Shown here: one piece after another, positions 1 through 25,400 of the stretch
Numbering within the stretch: position 1 is the stretch's first letter
Layout of the letters: each line of letters starts with the position of its first letter
Source: Podarcis bocagei
Lineage: Eukaryota
DNA: 64,000 nucleotides
NCBI GenBank assembly: GCA_964188305.1
Contig: OZ076890.1
Strand: one strand, 5' to 3'
Program-made: the position numbers and the translations under genes
Notes under the pieces: generated by a model
Told to the model about the DNA's origin: nothing
Seen by the model: only the letters and a program-made list of their open reading frames with translations
Database searches by the model: none

Positions 1-1392
1 TAGCGTGGCCACTTACCACATTACCAAATAAAGAGAGGGAGAGAAAAGAGGATATGCCTTCGTGAGAAATGCACAAATGCCAGTTTATCAGTATAGATGG
101 AAACTGTTGTTGGCATCCGCCTGCCTCGGGAGACAATGGAGGAGTGTGCCTTTGAGAGTGAAGTCAAACTATTGGAAGGTTGCAGTGCTTGCTGTGGTTG
201 TAGAGGCCAATATGGGAGAGACATGTTTTGTTGCAGCTGGGGCAGATAAAGGCGTCCAGTTGCAAAGAATTACTATAATTTAAATAGAAGTGTAGTTCCT
301 CTTGCCAGACAGGTGTGCATGCCCCTTCTTAGTTTGCTGTCCAGGCACTGGCTGCTTACAGTTCTTCATCTTTAAATGGGATGTGAACTGGGTAACCCTT
401 CAGCTAGACAACTGTTTTCTGTAAAGGAGGGCACACGGCCACTCCTTTGGATTTCCATCGATGTCACTGCTAGAAGTAATGGTGTAATGCTACAGACGAC
501 CACCTTTCCACATGGTTAGGGTCACTGCGTGGGACATTTTCCAGTGACTGTTGCATGTCACCAGCAGCATTTTATATGTATGCCGCCTTTCCATAGTAAA
601 AACCGTGCTCAAGGCGGCTTACAACAAAAATATTTGCATAATCACAAACATAATAAAAGTAGTCATAACTAACTAAAACACATCAAAAAGTACACGACCA
701 AACTGAACCATTTTGACATAAATCATAAAAAGTTCTAAAAATAAAGATACAAACAATTCATTTAATTAACAGCAACCCCACCACCACCAACAAAACCCCC
801 TAAACAATACCCCAACCCAGCAGTCATAGTACTTCATCTCTAGAAACATGATTTAATGTTCACAGCATCTTCAAATCTCAGCTCTCCTTTTGAAAATAAA
901 TGTGTTTCTAGAAATACAAGTTTCTGGTTTGGGGAAAATTAAAGATTTGGTCCAGATTTCTGTTCAGTTCAGTTTGGCTCTCTGAAAACAGGCCTGGTTA
1001 AGGTGGTCTCCACTACAAATTCTCATATGGTAGGAAAAATAGCTGCTTATCTAAATATATACAAAGTCCTAATTGATTTTGGATTTTATTTTGTATTTCC
1101 AAATGCATTACCTACAAAGCCTAAAGCAGTCTGACTTATCCCTTGGTAGAACTCAACACATTAAAGGTACACATGTTTAGATTCTGAAGTGTTTCTTTGG
1201 AAAGCACCTTTGCATTTCATTATGGTAGTTCTATGTAAACTTTAAGCAACTTCCAGAAGAAAATGTAAACTGAGCTATTAAAAACATGAGCATGTATATT
1301 AATGCTTTTTAAAAGGACGTGGAAAAGATTCAGCTTTGTGTTTTGGAATCATATCTGGATCAGCAATGAGATTGTTTAATGTTTTCTTGTAG

Positions 1393-13690
<12,298 letters not shown>

Positions 13691-15177
13691 AAAGGACGGA
13701 CTTTGAACTACTCAAAGCAGCTGCTCCTCCACTGAGCTGCATCTCTTCACTATCACCATTAAAATATTGAACGCTCCTTCCTGCTACTCAATGACCCAAC
13801 TGCACCCCTGTAGAGTACAGGCTATTTCTGGGCTGTAGCACTAGCTTCCACCCAACAACAAGAACCCAGTAACTATTCAAATGTGAGGGGGACAGCAGGA
13901 AGAGAACCATGTGCACTGTATTTCTCTCACTTCCTAAATACAGATCCCTACACTGGTCTCAGGCAATGCTATGGGATGATGATGAAACAGACCAGGCTAG
14001 AAGCTGCTTCTGGTCTACTTACTTATATGCTTAAGGGAGATTGCACTTTTATTTTACCCACAGAGTTTTGTAGATACATACCCATTTTGCTGTCGTGCTG
14101 CTGTGGAATTGTTTCAGCTTTTGAAGGAGTGTGTTCAGTAGAAACAGTTCAAGCAGATGTAATGGGGACACAACAAATGCATCAGGGGCAAGGGTAGCTC
14201 TGCAATATCTTATTAAACATTTCAAAACCATACAGAGGGTGTTGGGGCCTCAGCTCCCTGCATAGCTCTTTACCTTGTAGCTTGCTGAAGCAACATGTAC
14301 ACTGCACAAAGTAAATATGCACAATAAACACAGGTAGAATTCAGGTTTTCTTGAGGCAATACTGGGGACTCACTGGCGCAGCATCTTAGTATTTTCCATG
14401 AGAGAACACACAGTTCTCTATGTATCTATTATACTATAGCCTGCTTTTATACTCCCAGCTGCAAGTGACAGCAGAGGCACATAGCATCAGGCCAACCTGC
14501 TGTAGCTAATCAGCAATAAAACCCGCATCCAGCTGCAGCTTTGCACTGTCTGAAATACCTGTTGAATCTTGTGCTGCTGCTATTGCAACTATTGAATTTA
14601 TTTAGTGCTAAGAGTGTGCTGCTAGGTTCAGTTTGCCAAGGGGCAGGTAGTTATGGTAGTGAACCATTGCCTTGGCTGACCAGTAAGCTACCACCATGGC
14701 TGGTCTATAAAAGCAGCTGATGTCGGTCCTGCTGTTCCAAGTTGGTTATGCCTAAACTTGATTCATTGGTTTCAATGACAATTTGTCACAATTAACCTGA
14801 GCTAGATCAAGGCCAATAGAGTGAAGAGTGTTTGGGTGCTGGAGAATTTTAGAACACTCAGTTTCTAAAGCCGTAAGTCTGTAACCTTTGTGCTCTTTCA
14901 TCAGATGGAACATCAGCCAACTATTTAGCCATGACTCTATTATTAAAGCCAATGGATCTATAAAGAGCTGAGGAGTGAAACTCCTGGGTTTATTTTCATG
15001 TAGGGCATTAGTAGTTGTAAAAACAAATATTTTTTATATTCAAATCTAATGCTTTTAATGAACCTTTTTTTAAAAAAAACTGGAATTTAAAAAGCATTCT
15101 TTAACTGGATGTAAATATCTCCTACTTGTGCCTTAACTTTTACCGTCTATTTTTACATATGCTTCCTAAAGTTTCAC

Positions 15178-15230
15178 AATAAAATTTATTTCCAAGCTCC
15201 ATTTGAGAGATTATTGGTTTGCTTGTGTTC
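15178..15230 (+). terminator. Probable FLT1 polyadenylation signal and downstream GU-rich element
   Basis: AATAAA at 15178-15183 after a U-rich region containing TGTAAATA (15110-15117), followed about 30 nt later by ttattggtttgcttgtgttc. Confidence 0.6.
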
Positions 15231-16469
15231 ATAATAATTCCATAATGTTGCAGAAGTGTTTCACTGAATTGGTCGGTTTTGGCTTGAAGCAGCAATTTCA
15301 AGTAGCCAAAGTATTTGTCAAGGCCTGTCAGAAGATTGACCTTATTTCAAGGGGATGAATTCAAGCTAAGTGACTGGTAGTGTGATAAAGAGATGTTTCT
15401 TCATTCTGTGGATCATTGGGTCCTTCTAAAGGTGAGTTTTTTCTCCATGGTCGATATGCAGTTGCATGCACAGAATTCTGTACTTGCCCAAGGCATCGTT
15501 TGAATTCAAAGCTATCAGCAGGAAAGATGTGCTTGCTATCGTGTGTAGCTGTAGAAAGGAGTTGGAAGACAAGCCTTATCCTCTGGCACATGGGCCAATA
15601 TGATGTGCAAGCATGCTTTTGCAACCCACATGCTCACAAAATACTACACAAGGTGGAGCCCTTGGAGCTTCTCCTGTTAAGCATACTCCAGCTTGAGAAA
15701 GAAAACCCAGGGACAATGAACAGCAAGGCCATGCATGCACTTTTAGAAGGTGTAAAGATGAAAACTGGTCTTGCAGACTTTTTGCAGGTTCAAAAAAATA
15801 TCTGGCAGGATCCTAAAGTTTTTCTGCCCTCTGACTGCCAGAGATAAGTGTACGAAGCAAAACTTGCAGCAACTTTCATTTTAGCCTACTTGCAGAATGA
15901 ACTTTCTAAGCAAAATTCATTTCAAGCAACAGGTGGTCCAGATTAATTCATGCAAAGAAAAAGACATACTGGCAATTTTATGAAATTGTATAAAGTTCTA
16001 TGACTTTTTACACTTTATATAAAACATATCACAGGGAGGTTTGAGGGTACAAAGGCCTTGACCATGCCTTAACATATATTTTTTCAGTTAACAGTTCAAA
16101 TCAATAAAAAATGGAAAACTACATAAAACCCGTGAGCAATTTTCCAATAAGTAAATTGCCAAATGTATCTTAATCTGTTATGGGAGCTCAAACAAAAGTG
16201 GAAGTTATTTAAAAAGCATTTTTCAGAGGGTTCGGACTACTTCAGCATCTGGAGTCAGTTTGATAACGAACAGGCCAGTTCTACCATATGCCTATCAGCA
16301 AGAAATGCACATCACTGTTCTCTCCAGACTGTATACTATATCTGAACAACAGATAAACAATGCTTGCAAGCCAAACACTGTTCCACAAACCCTGCAGTAG
16401 AGTGGGGTGGAGTAAAATATGAAGAAAACAACTCCATAAAATAGTTTAAGTCAACTACACAAGAAGTGG

Positions 16470-16532
16470 CACACAATACCCACACCTTTGCATGCTCAAA
16501 AGAAGGCTGTGTTATTTCTGGTATTCTTTATT
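16470..16532 (-). terminator. Probable distal PAN3 polyadenylation signal
   Basis: Minus-strand AATAAA (plus tttatt 16527-16532) followed on the minus strand by GU-rich ggtgtgggtattgtgtgc. Other minus-strand AATAAA occur at 17731-17736 and 18608-18613. Confidence 0.5.
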
Positions 16533-19357
16533 AAAAATACTGCTGTACACATGAAAAGAATGAAAAACAAGATTAAAAGGTAACACAGAGTGGGATCATG
16601 ACATCAGAATGTAACACTGGTGCTTTTTAGGGGAAGCTGTTCACGTCTAAAACTTTACTGGAACAAGGGAAAATTAGAAGGAAAAGAAAGACATTATGTA
16701 CCCCGAATAAAGTATTTACAGTGTAGCAAAAACAAAAACCCAAACAAGCAACCTAAGAACAGGTAAGAAAATTTAAATGGACTAACATCACATGATTTCA
16801 AAAGGTTGTCCTTTCTGTGCTTTCAGCTGTAAAGATAGGAAGGTCAGAATCATTTCCCCGCATGAAAAAAGTATGCCTTGTTTAAGAAAAACATTGGTGC
16901 GCTGTTTTAGGGATTACATACATAACTCTTCCAATGAATGGAACATGCTAGTTTCTGGACAGCCTTCTAAATGGAATTATATTGGAGTAGAAGGGCTCTC
17001 CCCAAAAAAACACCAAAGCAGAAAATTCCAAAACACAGACCAAATAAAAACAAACAATACTCCACATTGTTCTATGCATTACCCAACAGCAGAAATTTCT
17101 TGGATGGCGTTTACTTATGGAAACTTATTGGCTCTCTGCTCTCTTTTTCAAAATTATTATTTTTTAAACCTTAAACCAAGTCCTGAGATTACTGGGGCTA
17201 AAGCAATGTACACTTACAGAATGAGACAAATAAGCAAAATGCAACGTGCTGTTTCAGAGGTGGGCTTGTTGGTACAGCAAGGATGAGACTGAAGGCCTTG
17301 CATTACAAACCGCCCCCCCCCTTGCTTTTGCTTTTCCCAAAATATTGGTCCACAAAATAATCTGTCAAAGGTTCCCAGTTCCCGCAACTGAAGAGATGAT
17401 CCCTTTCATTTTCAAAGAAAACAACAGTGGGGAAAAGAAAAGAAAAAGCCTCAGCCCGCATATAAATTAAGCATTCAATATTTCTCCTAGAATACAAGTA
17501 CTACTTTTTGTACAAAAGAATTACAATATGATTTTTCAAAAACATATAAAAAGACAGCTGCTCTTCCTCATATACATGAGCGAATGATAAAAGACTGGTT
17601 GCCAGGTTCGTATCTCAAAGTCCCTGTTCCTTTGGACATTAAAAAAAAGAACAACAGTGTGGCAACTGTTCTCTTCTCAATATTAAACATTATGCTCCGT
17701 TTAATTTTTTTTCCAGATAAAACAACTGATTTTATTTATGCTACCAAACCGCAGGCTCTGCAATTTCTCATTTAGAGGCGCAACAGGTGTCCCTAGTCTT
17801 CCACAGCCTTCCTTCTGAAGAGCACTGCTTTCCTTGAGGCAAATCTAAAGGAGTGTCATCATTAAAGCTTATAAAACTGGACAGAATTATTAAAAATTCA
17901 CCTGAAATTACAAATATTGAGAATTAATAAAATGGGTGCCAGTAACATCAGTTGCAAGTGCTTTGAGTCTGTCCTGACACCTTTGGGAGAGAGTTTCCAC
18001 ATTGTCTTCATGGTGAGCACCCAGTGCTATTAAAACATTCAGTGCTGGGAAAAGGACGCAGATATACAGTCTTCACTACTGCTTTAAGAAAGGGGGGAAA
18101 TTATACGTATTTGGCAGTCTTCAGTATCAAAGTGTAGGTGTTCCACTACAAATTCCCTTGAATACCCAAGCTTGCGGACAAATGCAGGTCCAATATCAGA
18201 AAGTTAATTGTGGGGAAAGAAATCCCAGGCTTGAAGACTGAATATTCATGTGTTGAGTATTATCAAAAGTAATATTACTTTGGGCTAAGCAGTGACTGCA
18301 AAGGCACAGCAGACCACCATTCTTCCAGAATCAGGCTATAAAACTTCAAAAGCTCTTGATGCCAGACAACTGCTGTGTGTAGTTAATCTTCCAAACAGTG
18401 TCTTTGTATCTGTATCCAGTGTAAAGTACCATAATAAAGCTGTGGTTCAAAGAACAAAACTTTATACAAAAAAAGGATACCATAAGTAAATTAAATGAAT
18501 AAACTCCTGAATCCTCAGGTCTGTAACACAATTCCTTTTAAAAATTCTATTAAAAATTGCATAAATGTGAATGCATCTGACTAGCAGTAAAATATACAAA
18601 CAGGTATTTTATTTAAAAGGCGCTGGTTGTGTTTTGAGCAACTGGGATATGCTCTCAAAGTTACAGATCTCAAAATGGTGCTGCTTTGCTTAGACAAAGC
18701 TTCAGCCAAATAAAAGGGGATTTTACATGTGAGATTTCTATAATACCCAACTTGATTTTTTTCTTCCTTTTTAAAAAAATATGCATCTTCTGGTTTTGAT
18801 TGGTGAACCTAACAGTGGGTGGCATAAGACACGGTTTTACAGAGGTTACAAGCTACACTGTAAATTTACAGAACACAATTTCTATGAAATTATTCACCTG
18901 GTCCTTTATAGTATTCTGGGGTGCAAATAATATCAAAACAAATAAATTCCGCAGTATATTCAGTGGCAAAAAATAAAATAAAAATCCCAGAAATGTCCTT
19001 GCAAAGAGATTCCCTTAGTAAGTATCCAATGTGGCAAAACATCAGAGATCAGAAAAGTCTTTAAAAAATTAAAATTAGTGCATATACGAGTGGAAAAAAT
19101 AAAAGCAGGAACATCATACTCCTGATGCGTTCCTTATTTTAAAATAAATTCTTCACAGATAAAGCCTCCAATGGCAGCCAGAGCTCAAGGGTAAGCAAAA
19201 ACATTCTTCCCTTCAAGTAACAGTGTACCTGACTGAAGTGCAACATCTCCTGCTCTTTTGTTTCCCAAAATGTGAAATGAGATGACGACAATCAGCTGTA
19301 GTGCAATTTGCTATTAGTTATGTTCTTCAGCAACGTCCTGCATGCTTTCAGCAAGTA

Positions 19358-19498
19358 CTACAACTGGCCGTTCGCGGCTGCAATCAGTTCTTGAAAAGTA
19401 TTTTCAAAGCAGCGTTTTAGGTCACTATACGTCACCACAAGTACACTCTTCTCATCTCTGGAAATGAGGCTTATTTTTTCTGGCACACCAGCATCTAG
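19358..19498 (-). CDS. PAN3: PAN3 exon 19 (terminal)
   Basis: [46 protein letters not shown]; acceptor tttcag. Confidence 0.97.
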   Translation of the reverse strand, partial: LDAGVPEKISLISRDEKSVLVVTYSDLKRCFENTFQELIAAANGQL

Positions 19499-22400
19499 CT
19501 GAAATCAAAGGGCAGAAAACTTCAGTTAGTAGGACTTGATACCATATTCACAAAGCTAATGGTTTTGGCTGGGATCTTGGGTGTGCTCATGTGGTGGAAG
19601 CATCCTGATCAACGTCTCCTTGCAGCCTCGGGTGCCCGCTAAAAATCTGCTCCAGGAGGCTGGGAACCCCTCTGAGGCAGCACGAGAAGGAAATGTGGGG
19701 GGGTGGGAGGGGTGGGCAGCTCAATAAAAATATCGGCCCAGGATGTGACAGCTGCGAAAAGGGTAAATTAGGGCTTGCTAGGGAAGGGATTGAAAATAAA
19801 GCTGCCCATGTCATAATGTCATTATCCAGATCTATGGCATACCTGCAATTTCAATGACGCGTAATAATGGTCACCATACCTCAGAAAGTATACTGTGGAC
19901 CTGGGAAAGGTGAAGAAGGGCAACCAAAACCATCAAGGGGCTGGAGCAACTCCCCTATGAGGTAAGGTTGCACTATTTGGAGCTTTTTATTGGTGGGGGG
20001 GGGAGTAAGTAAGGAGGGGTTATGATAGAGCTGTATAGAATTCTGTGTGTGAGGGGGGAATGGATGGAGATGTTTTTCTCCCCGTCATAATACTAGATCC
20101 CAGGGCCATCCAATGAAAGATTCAGGACAAAAGAAAGTACTTTGTCACACAGTGCACAGTTAAAACTATAGGATTCGCTGAAAGGGCCCTCAAAATCGTT
20201 CAGCATGTAGTAGCTTTCCATATGCAGGATTACACGACAAGTGGGAATAGTCAAACAGGCAATCATTCATAAACCACACAGCACAACACAACAAATAGCT
20301 TTAGGGCAAGAGGACTGGGAAAAGATAGGGATTGGTCTAGTCTAAGTGCATTAGGCATTTTGTTCCTTAAAGTCTAAATTGAACGAAGAGATCCCTATCA
20401 GCTTCTAAATTTAATGGTAAGAGGTCAACCGTTTTGAACTAGACACAACAATAGAATTTTCACTGAATATGTACAAGAGAGGCCAGGGTTCAGATGTAAA
20501 GCTAAACCACAATTTAGCACAGGCACCCCAAAACTTGGCCAAACTCCAGATGTTTGGGGACTACAACTCCCATCATCCCTAGCTAACAGGACCAGTAGTC
20601 AGGGATGATGGGAGTTGTAGTCCCAAAACATCTGGAAGGCCGAGTTTGGGGGTGCCTGGTTTAGCAGCACAACGGGGGAAAGCCTGGTTTACCTTTGAGC
20701 TGATGCTCCCCTTCCTCCTTTCTCCTCCTCCAGTGAAGCCACCAAACTGGAAGAATTTGCTTTTTAAGCTGAGCAGTTTGTCACATCTGACAAAAACAAA
20801 CTGGTAGGTTTAAACTACGGTTTTTATGGAAACAATTAATGGTCAGAAACTATGGTTTGATCCTGGCATATTTCAATAAACCACAGTTTAAACTACAAAC
20901 AATTTGTCCTTGACAGATGTAGAGCCAGTTAGTTTTAAAACACAGATGAAGAGGGGAGCAGGCAAGTCCAAGACTCCCTGCAATGCATCACTGTACCACA
21001 AAGCTAGGGTTTAGGGTCCTATCTGAGCCAGGCCAGCGTGTCTCACATGCAAACATTGCTTCTGATGCAGCCAATGAAGCACTCATCTGCACCACTGACA
21101 CCTAGGGCATTTTAACAGCGCCACCATGCACACCGTGTGAACTCACCTGCACACACAGCTGAAGACCAATTTGAGAACCATATCTGCTTTAAGACAACTT
21201 GCTTGCAGCCCAATTAAAAATAACAGGAGGAGGAAAGACAGACTAGTTACATAGTTTATCTGCAATAAATGTAAAATACAGTCACTCATTTACCTTGTTA
21301 AGACAAGAGATAATGTGACTGAGGTCTATCCAAGGAGTGCCCGTTTCTGTCACCTGATGAAAAAGATGATCCCTAAACAGCTTCAGGAGGTATCTGTCTC
21401 CAGTTTCTGACCATGTTGGGTCCTTCTGAAATCTATTGTAAAACAGAGCGTTTTGTGTTTCTTAGTACAAGTTCATAAACATCTCAGACTAAGTGTTTTC
21501 TGAAGAAGTTTCTGCTTTGTAGCAAGTTATTCCCCACCACAATTTAAGGAGGAGGAATGTGTGATACACCCTTCAGTCCAGAGTTTAAAATTAAAAACAA
21601 ACTTTTCATGGGGCTAAAAGCATCTTAAGCAACTATGCTGCACATCTCTTTCCTGATATCATAATTTAGCTGATTTTGAAAACCAGGTTAATAAGGTTTT
21701 TAAGTAGGGGGGGATCCCTACCAGTTCCTAATGCTCTGGATGAAACAATCTATTGCTTAAGGTTACATTTGGCATCATTAGTCATTGAGGTCAGACTTAC
21801 AGTGTCCAGGAGAATGCAATCTCTACAATTATCAATTACTGTTCCCAGTCTCCAGAGTTGGCACTGTAGCAACTGTATGCACTTGGAGAGTATTTGCTGC
21901 TGTTGGGAGAAAAAACTGAAATACCTTCCCAAGAATGCACCAATAGTTTGGAGTTTTAAAATCGTTTGAAATCTTGCAACTTATGAAACATCACCTTGCA
22001 CTAATAATTCTCTATCTTCAGACAAGCCTCAAACCAGGATCTATTATCCAACTGAAAAGTGAGTGGTAAACACATATTCACATACAAAGAAGTTCTGGAC
22101 AGTGTGCTACCAAATTGACCAAAGTAACCTAGCCCATCTTTCAGAGGCTTCTATACTTTGCAAGTCCATCATCATGCGTGAACATTCAAGACTCTTTGTG
22201 GTGCCTCTTTATAACACACTGATGCAGAAAATGCTGAATTCCTTACTCTGGCCTCTCATTGATTGTTCCCAATTTTGCAAGAAGCCGAAATAATCTTCCA
22301 TTCTGAACTTCCTAAATGACAAGAGAAAAATAAAAGCTTGACAACCACTATTTATATTTTGCTCTTCTATTAAAAGTATAAATTATAATCAAATAACCAT

Positions 22401-25400
22401 ATAGTTAGATCGGGGGGAGGGGAGGAATAAAACTTACATTTCACTGAAAGCAATGGGACTTAAATAATGTCTGTCGTGTTGATTTTAATGAGAACTTAGT
22501 TCAACTAGTTTTTACACTCCATACAAAATGGAGAGAGACCTCCTTAACTATTTTTAATCTTAAAAAAGACTATTCAGGAAATCACACCTTGCTTGATAAT
22601 CACAGGAGAACAGAAGAGGACTAGTATACTTTCATATACTTCCACATCTTTATGATCTAAGTAGTAGGTTTGCCTTCATTTTTCAGAAGGCTGTATCACA
22701 GCACTGGGCAGCGATTTCCATCATGCCTCCAAGATCCATTTTGAGCTCCAATCAGTGCTGTTATTTGAAGACCGCTGCAGGGCAAGGTGCCCTTTAGCAG
22801 GCAGTGTTAGAAACTGAGATATGAAAGCTAGGAGCTAAATGGCACCTTAAACCTAGGTTATGGGCACAGCAACGGAATGTCTAGGCACACTTTTTCATAA
22901 CAACAATACGAAGTTGAAAATGAATGAACTGCAGCTAAAATATTATGTTCACTTTTCACATGGTCTAGTCCTTCCCCTGCCCACCCCCCTAATATTCTTA
23001 AGAGGGTCTCTTCTCTAGTCTTCAGCGAGTAGCTGGAAGGCACAGTACTGTATCCAAAGCTCAGAAACTGCTCATGCTAATGAAATTCTCCATCTCAAAA
23101 TCTGTCTAGAAAAATGGGAGTTTAAAACACTGCCAGCCAGTTAGCATCTTAGCTGAGATACCTCGCATCTCACCATTGCCTTTCTAAAATGGGCAGAAGT
23201 TAATAGCTTTACCATTCCACTAAATAGGATTATTAGCCAATGAGGTATGTGAATATGTATGGATCAAAGTGAAATTTGTGGAGACTCTGAGGCTGGAAAA
23301 CCACTGATCTGTAACACAGTATCTTCCCAAATGCCTTATCATTTAAACAGCAATGGGGGGGGGGGGGAGATGGGTACATCACCCTATGGCAAGATGGGCA
23401 GGTCTCGATCGTACTACATTTACAGACTTTGGGAACCTGTTGGCAATATCACCTTCCCTAAGAAAATAGAGATGAATGTGCACTATCTTTGCATTTACCT
23501 TTGCAAGGTCTTCTTCTATTACATCATTTCTCATTTGGGCAGCATCCAACTGAGTATAGAATCTTGCACCAATCATAGGCATGATATCATTTACACTTCG
23601 AAGCCTGTTTTGGTCAGTCAGCAAATACCTAACAAGGCAGTTTTTAAAAGTTACTTTAAAAACAGGGCTAAAGAAATAAGTTTCTTTTAAAAGAGGTTCC
23701 ATCTGTGGAAGCTAATTTTATTAATCTATAAAAGTGAAAATATGGCACAAAGCTTTACTTCATATACAGAACATTTAACACCACTGCAGCCTTGTGAGAG
23801 ACAGTAGCACCATTAGGAGGTGACATTCGAGGCTATATTTATGTGACTGGCTGATGATGTACTGCAAAGTTGTTTTCCATTTTTCCATTTATCCTGCTCT
23901 TCTTCCAAGAACTTCAGGCAGCACACCTGGTTCCCATGTTTTATCCTCACAACAATATTGTAAGGCAGATTAGGCTGTGACTGCCTCATGGCCGAATGGG
24001 AATTTGAACTCCAATATAATGCAACTTTTACTATACTAGTATAATGCATAAGGAGCTAACAACAAATATATTAGAATCTGAAAAATGCTTAAGTTCGAGG
24101 TTAAGGACAAGAGGGTTTTTTTAAGTTCATGCTAATTTCAGCACAAGTCAACAGTAACTCAAGAGATTCAGCTACACAACATTCCTAATTAGGAGGGTAA
24201 ATTAATTTTGTTCCTACACCTTCGCCACTCACCGCCATCCCTCTATATCTGAACAGTCATACAGAAATCCTTCCACATAGGTGCTGTACTAAGGTCAAAC
24301 TAATCATGCTAGAGAAGATCTTGTGCACACACATTCGATGTAGAAACATCCCATGAACCGCCACTCCCAATTTAACAATGTGCATGAACAAACCGTAAGC
24401 AAATTGTCACTGGCACGTTTTAACCTAGTTTAAAAAGAAGTTGATTTCAAAGTAACTTACAAAATAAGATTCTTCAAATCAGAGGAATAGTTGATTGTCA
24501 CCAGTTCCATTGCTTTCTGCAAATTCTCCCTCTGAATTCCTGCCAGAGAATTGCAAGCCAAAGACAACACCACCTTCCCAAGGGAGATCAAGTCTGCTTG
24601 CTAAAGAAAAGTGAACAAATAAGACTAACTAGGGTCAGTAGAATATCATTAGCTTTCCTAGCATTGAAAAAAAAAGATAAGAATACCTTAGATGGGACCA
24701 ATTTAACATAATGCTCAAAACTGAAAAAATTATCACAAACCACTTCATCACATATGTTTCTTTTAAGAAATATGATGCCATATAGTCAAGTTCAGTTCCA
24801 CTTAAAACTCTCTCCTTTACCCAATTTGCATCACTATGGAGGGGGAGGGGAGAAAAGAAGAAAATTCATTTTTTCTGTTCTGATACTTTTTTCTTTGCTT
24901 TGCTGTGCTATGCAAAGCTAGAGGGCTTTGTTTGGTGCCGACAGCCAGCCCTGAATCTGCGCATTTAAATAGTTGTTTAAGGACAGGAGGCCTTTGGAGA
25001 GTGAGAACCATGGCGTTTTCTCTTTCTTTCCACCCAAAAGTGTACAGTGCAAGGCGGGGAGCACATTAACCTCAGGACATGCGTCCCTTCCCACAAACGT
25101 TATTCCCCTTTTAGAACACTTACTATAAGCTACTAGGGCTGTGAACAGGTCAATTCACTATTCTCCATCAATCTCAACATCCAGTTTCCTTTCTCCCACC
25201 CTCTCCCTTAACTTACACTTCAAGCAACTATACATATCTTGGAAAGCTAAATATTCTTTTCAGATTTTTTTAAAATTAAATTTACAAATTTATGCATTGC
25301 AAAAGCACATAGCGGCACTTCAAGTTTCAAGTCTTAAAACAATTAATTGGCTTCTTGAATGCAGTACTTCACAGGAACAATTGGCCCCATTTTCCTAAAG

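Noticed and set aside
15416-15847. 143-aa ORF between the two genes
   Set aside because: It has a non-ATG start, no recognisable homology, and no promoter or splice support.
16792-17286. Longest listed ORF (164 aa, + strand)
   Set aside because: It is antisense to the PAN3 3' UTR, has no recognisable domain, and is consistent with chance.
23259-23690. 143-aa + strand ORF
   Set aside because: It is an antisense shadow of PAN3 exon 16.
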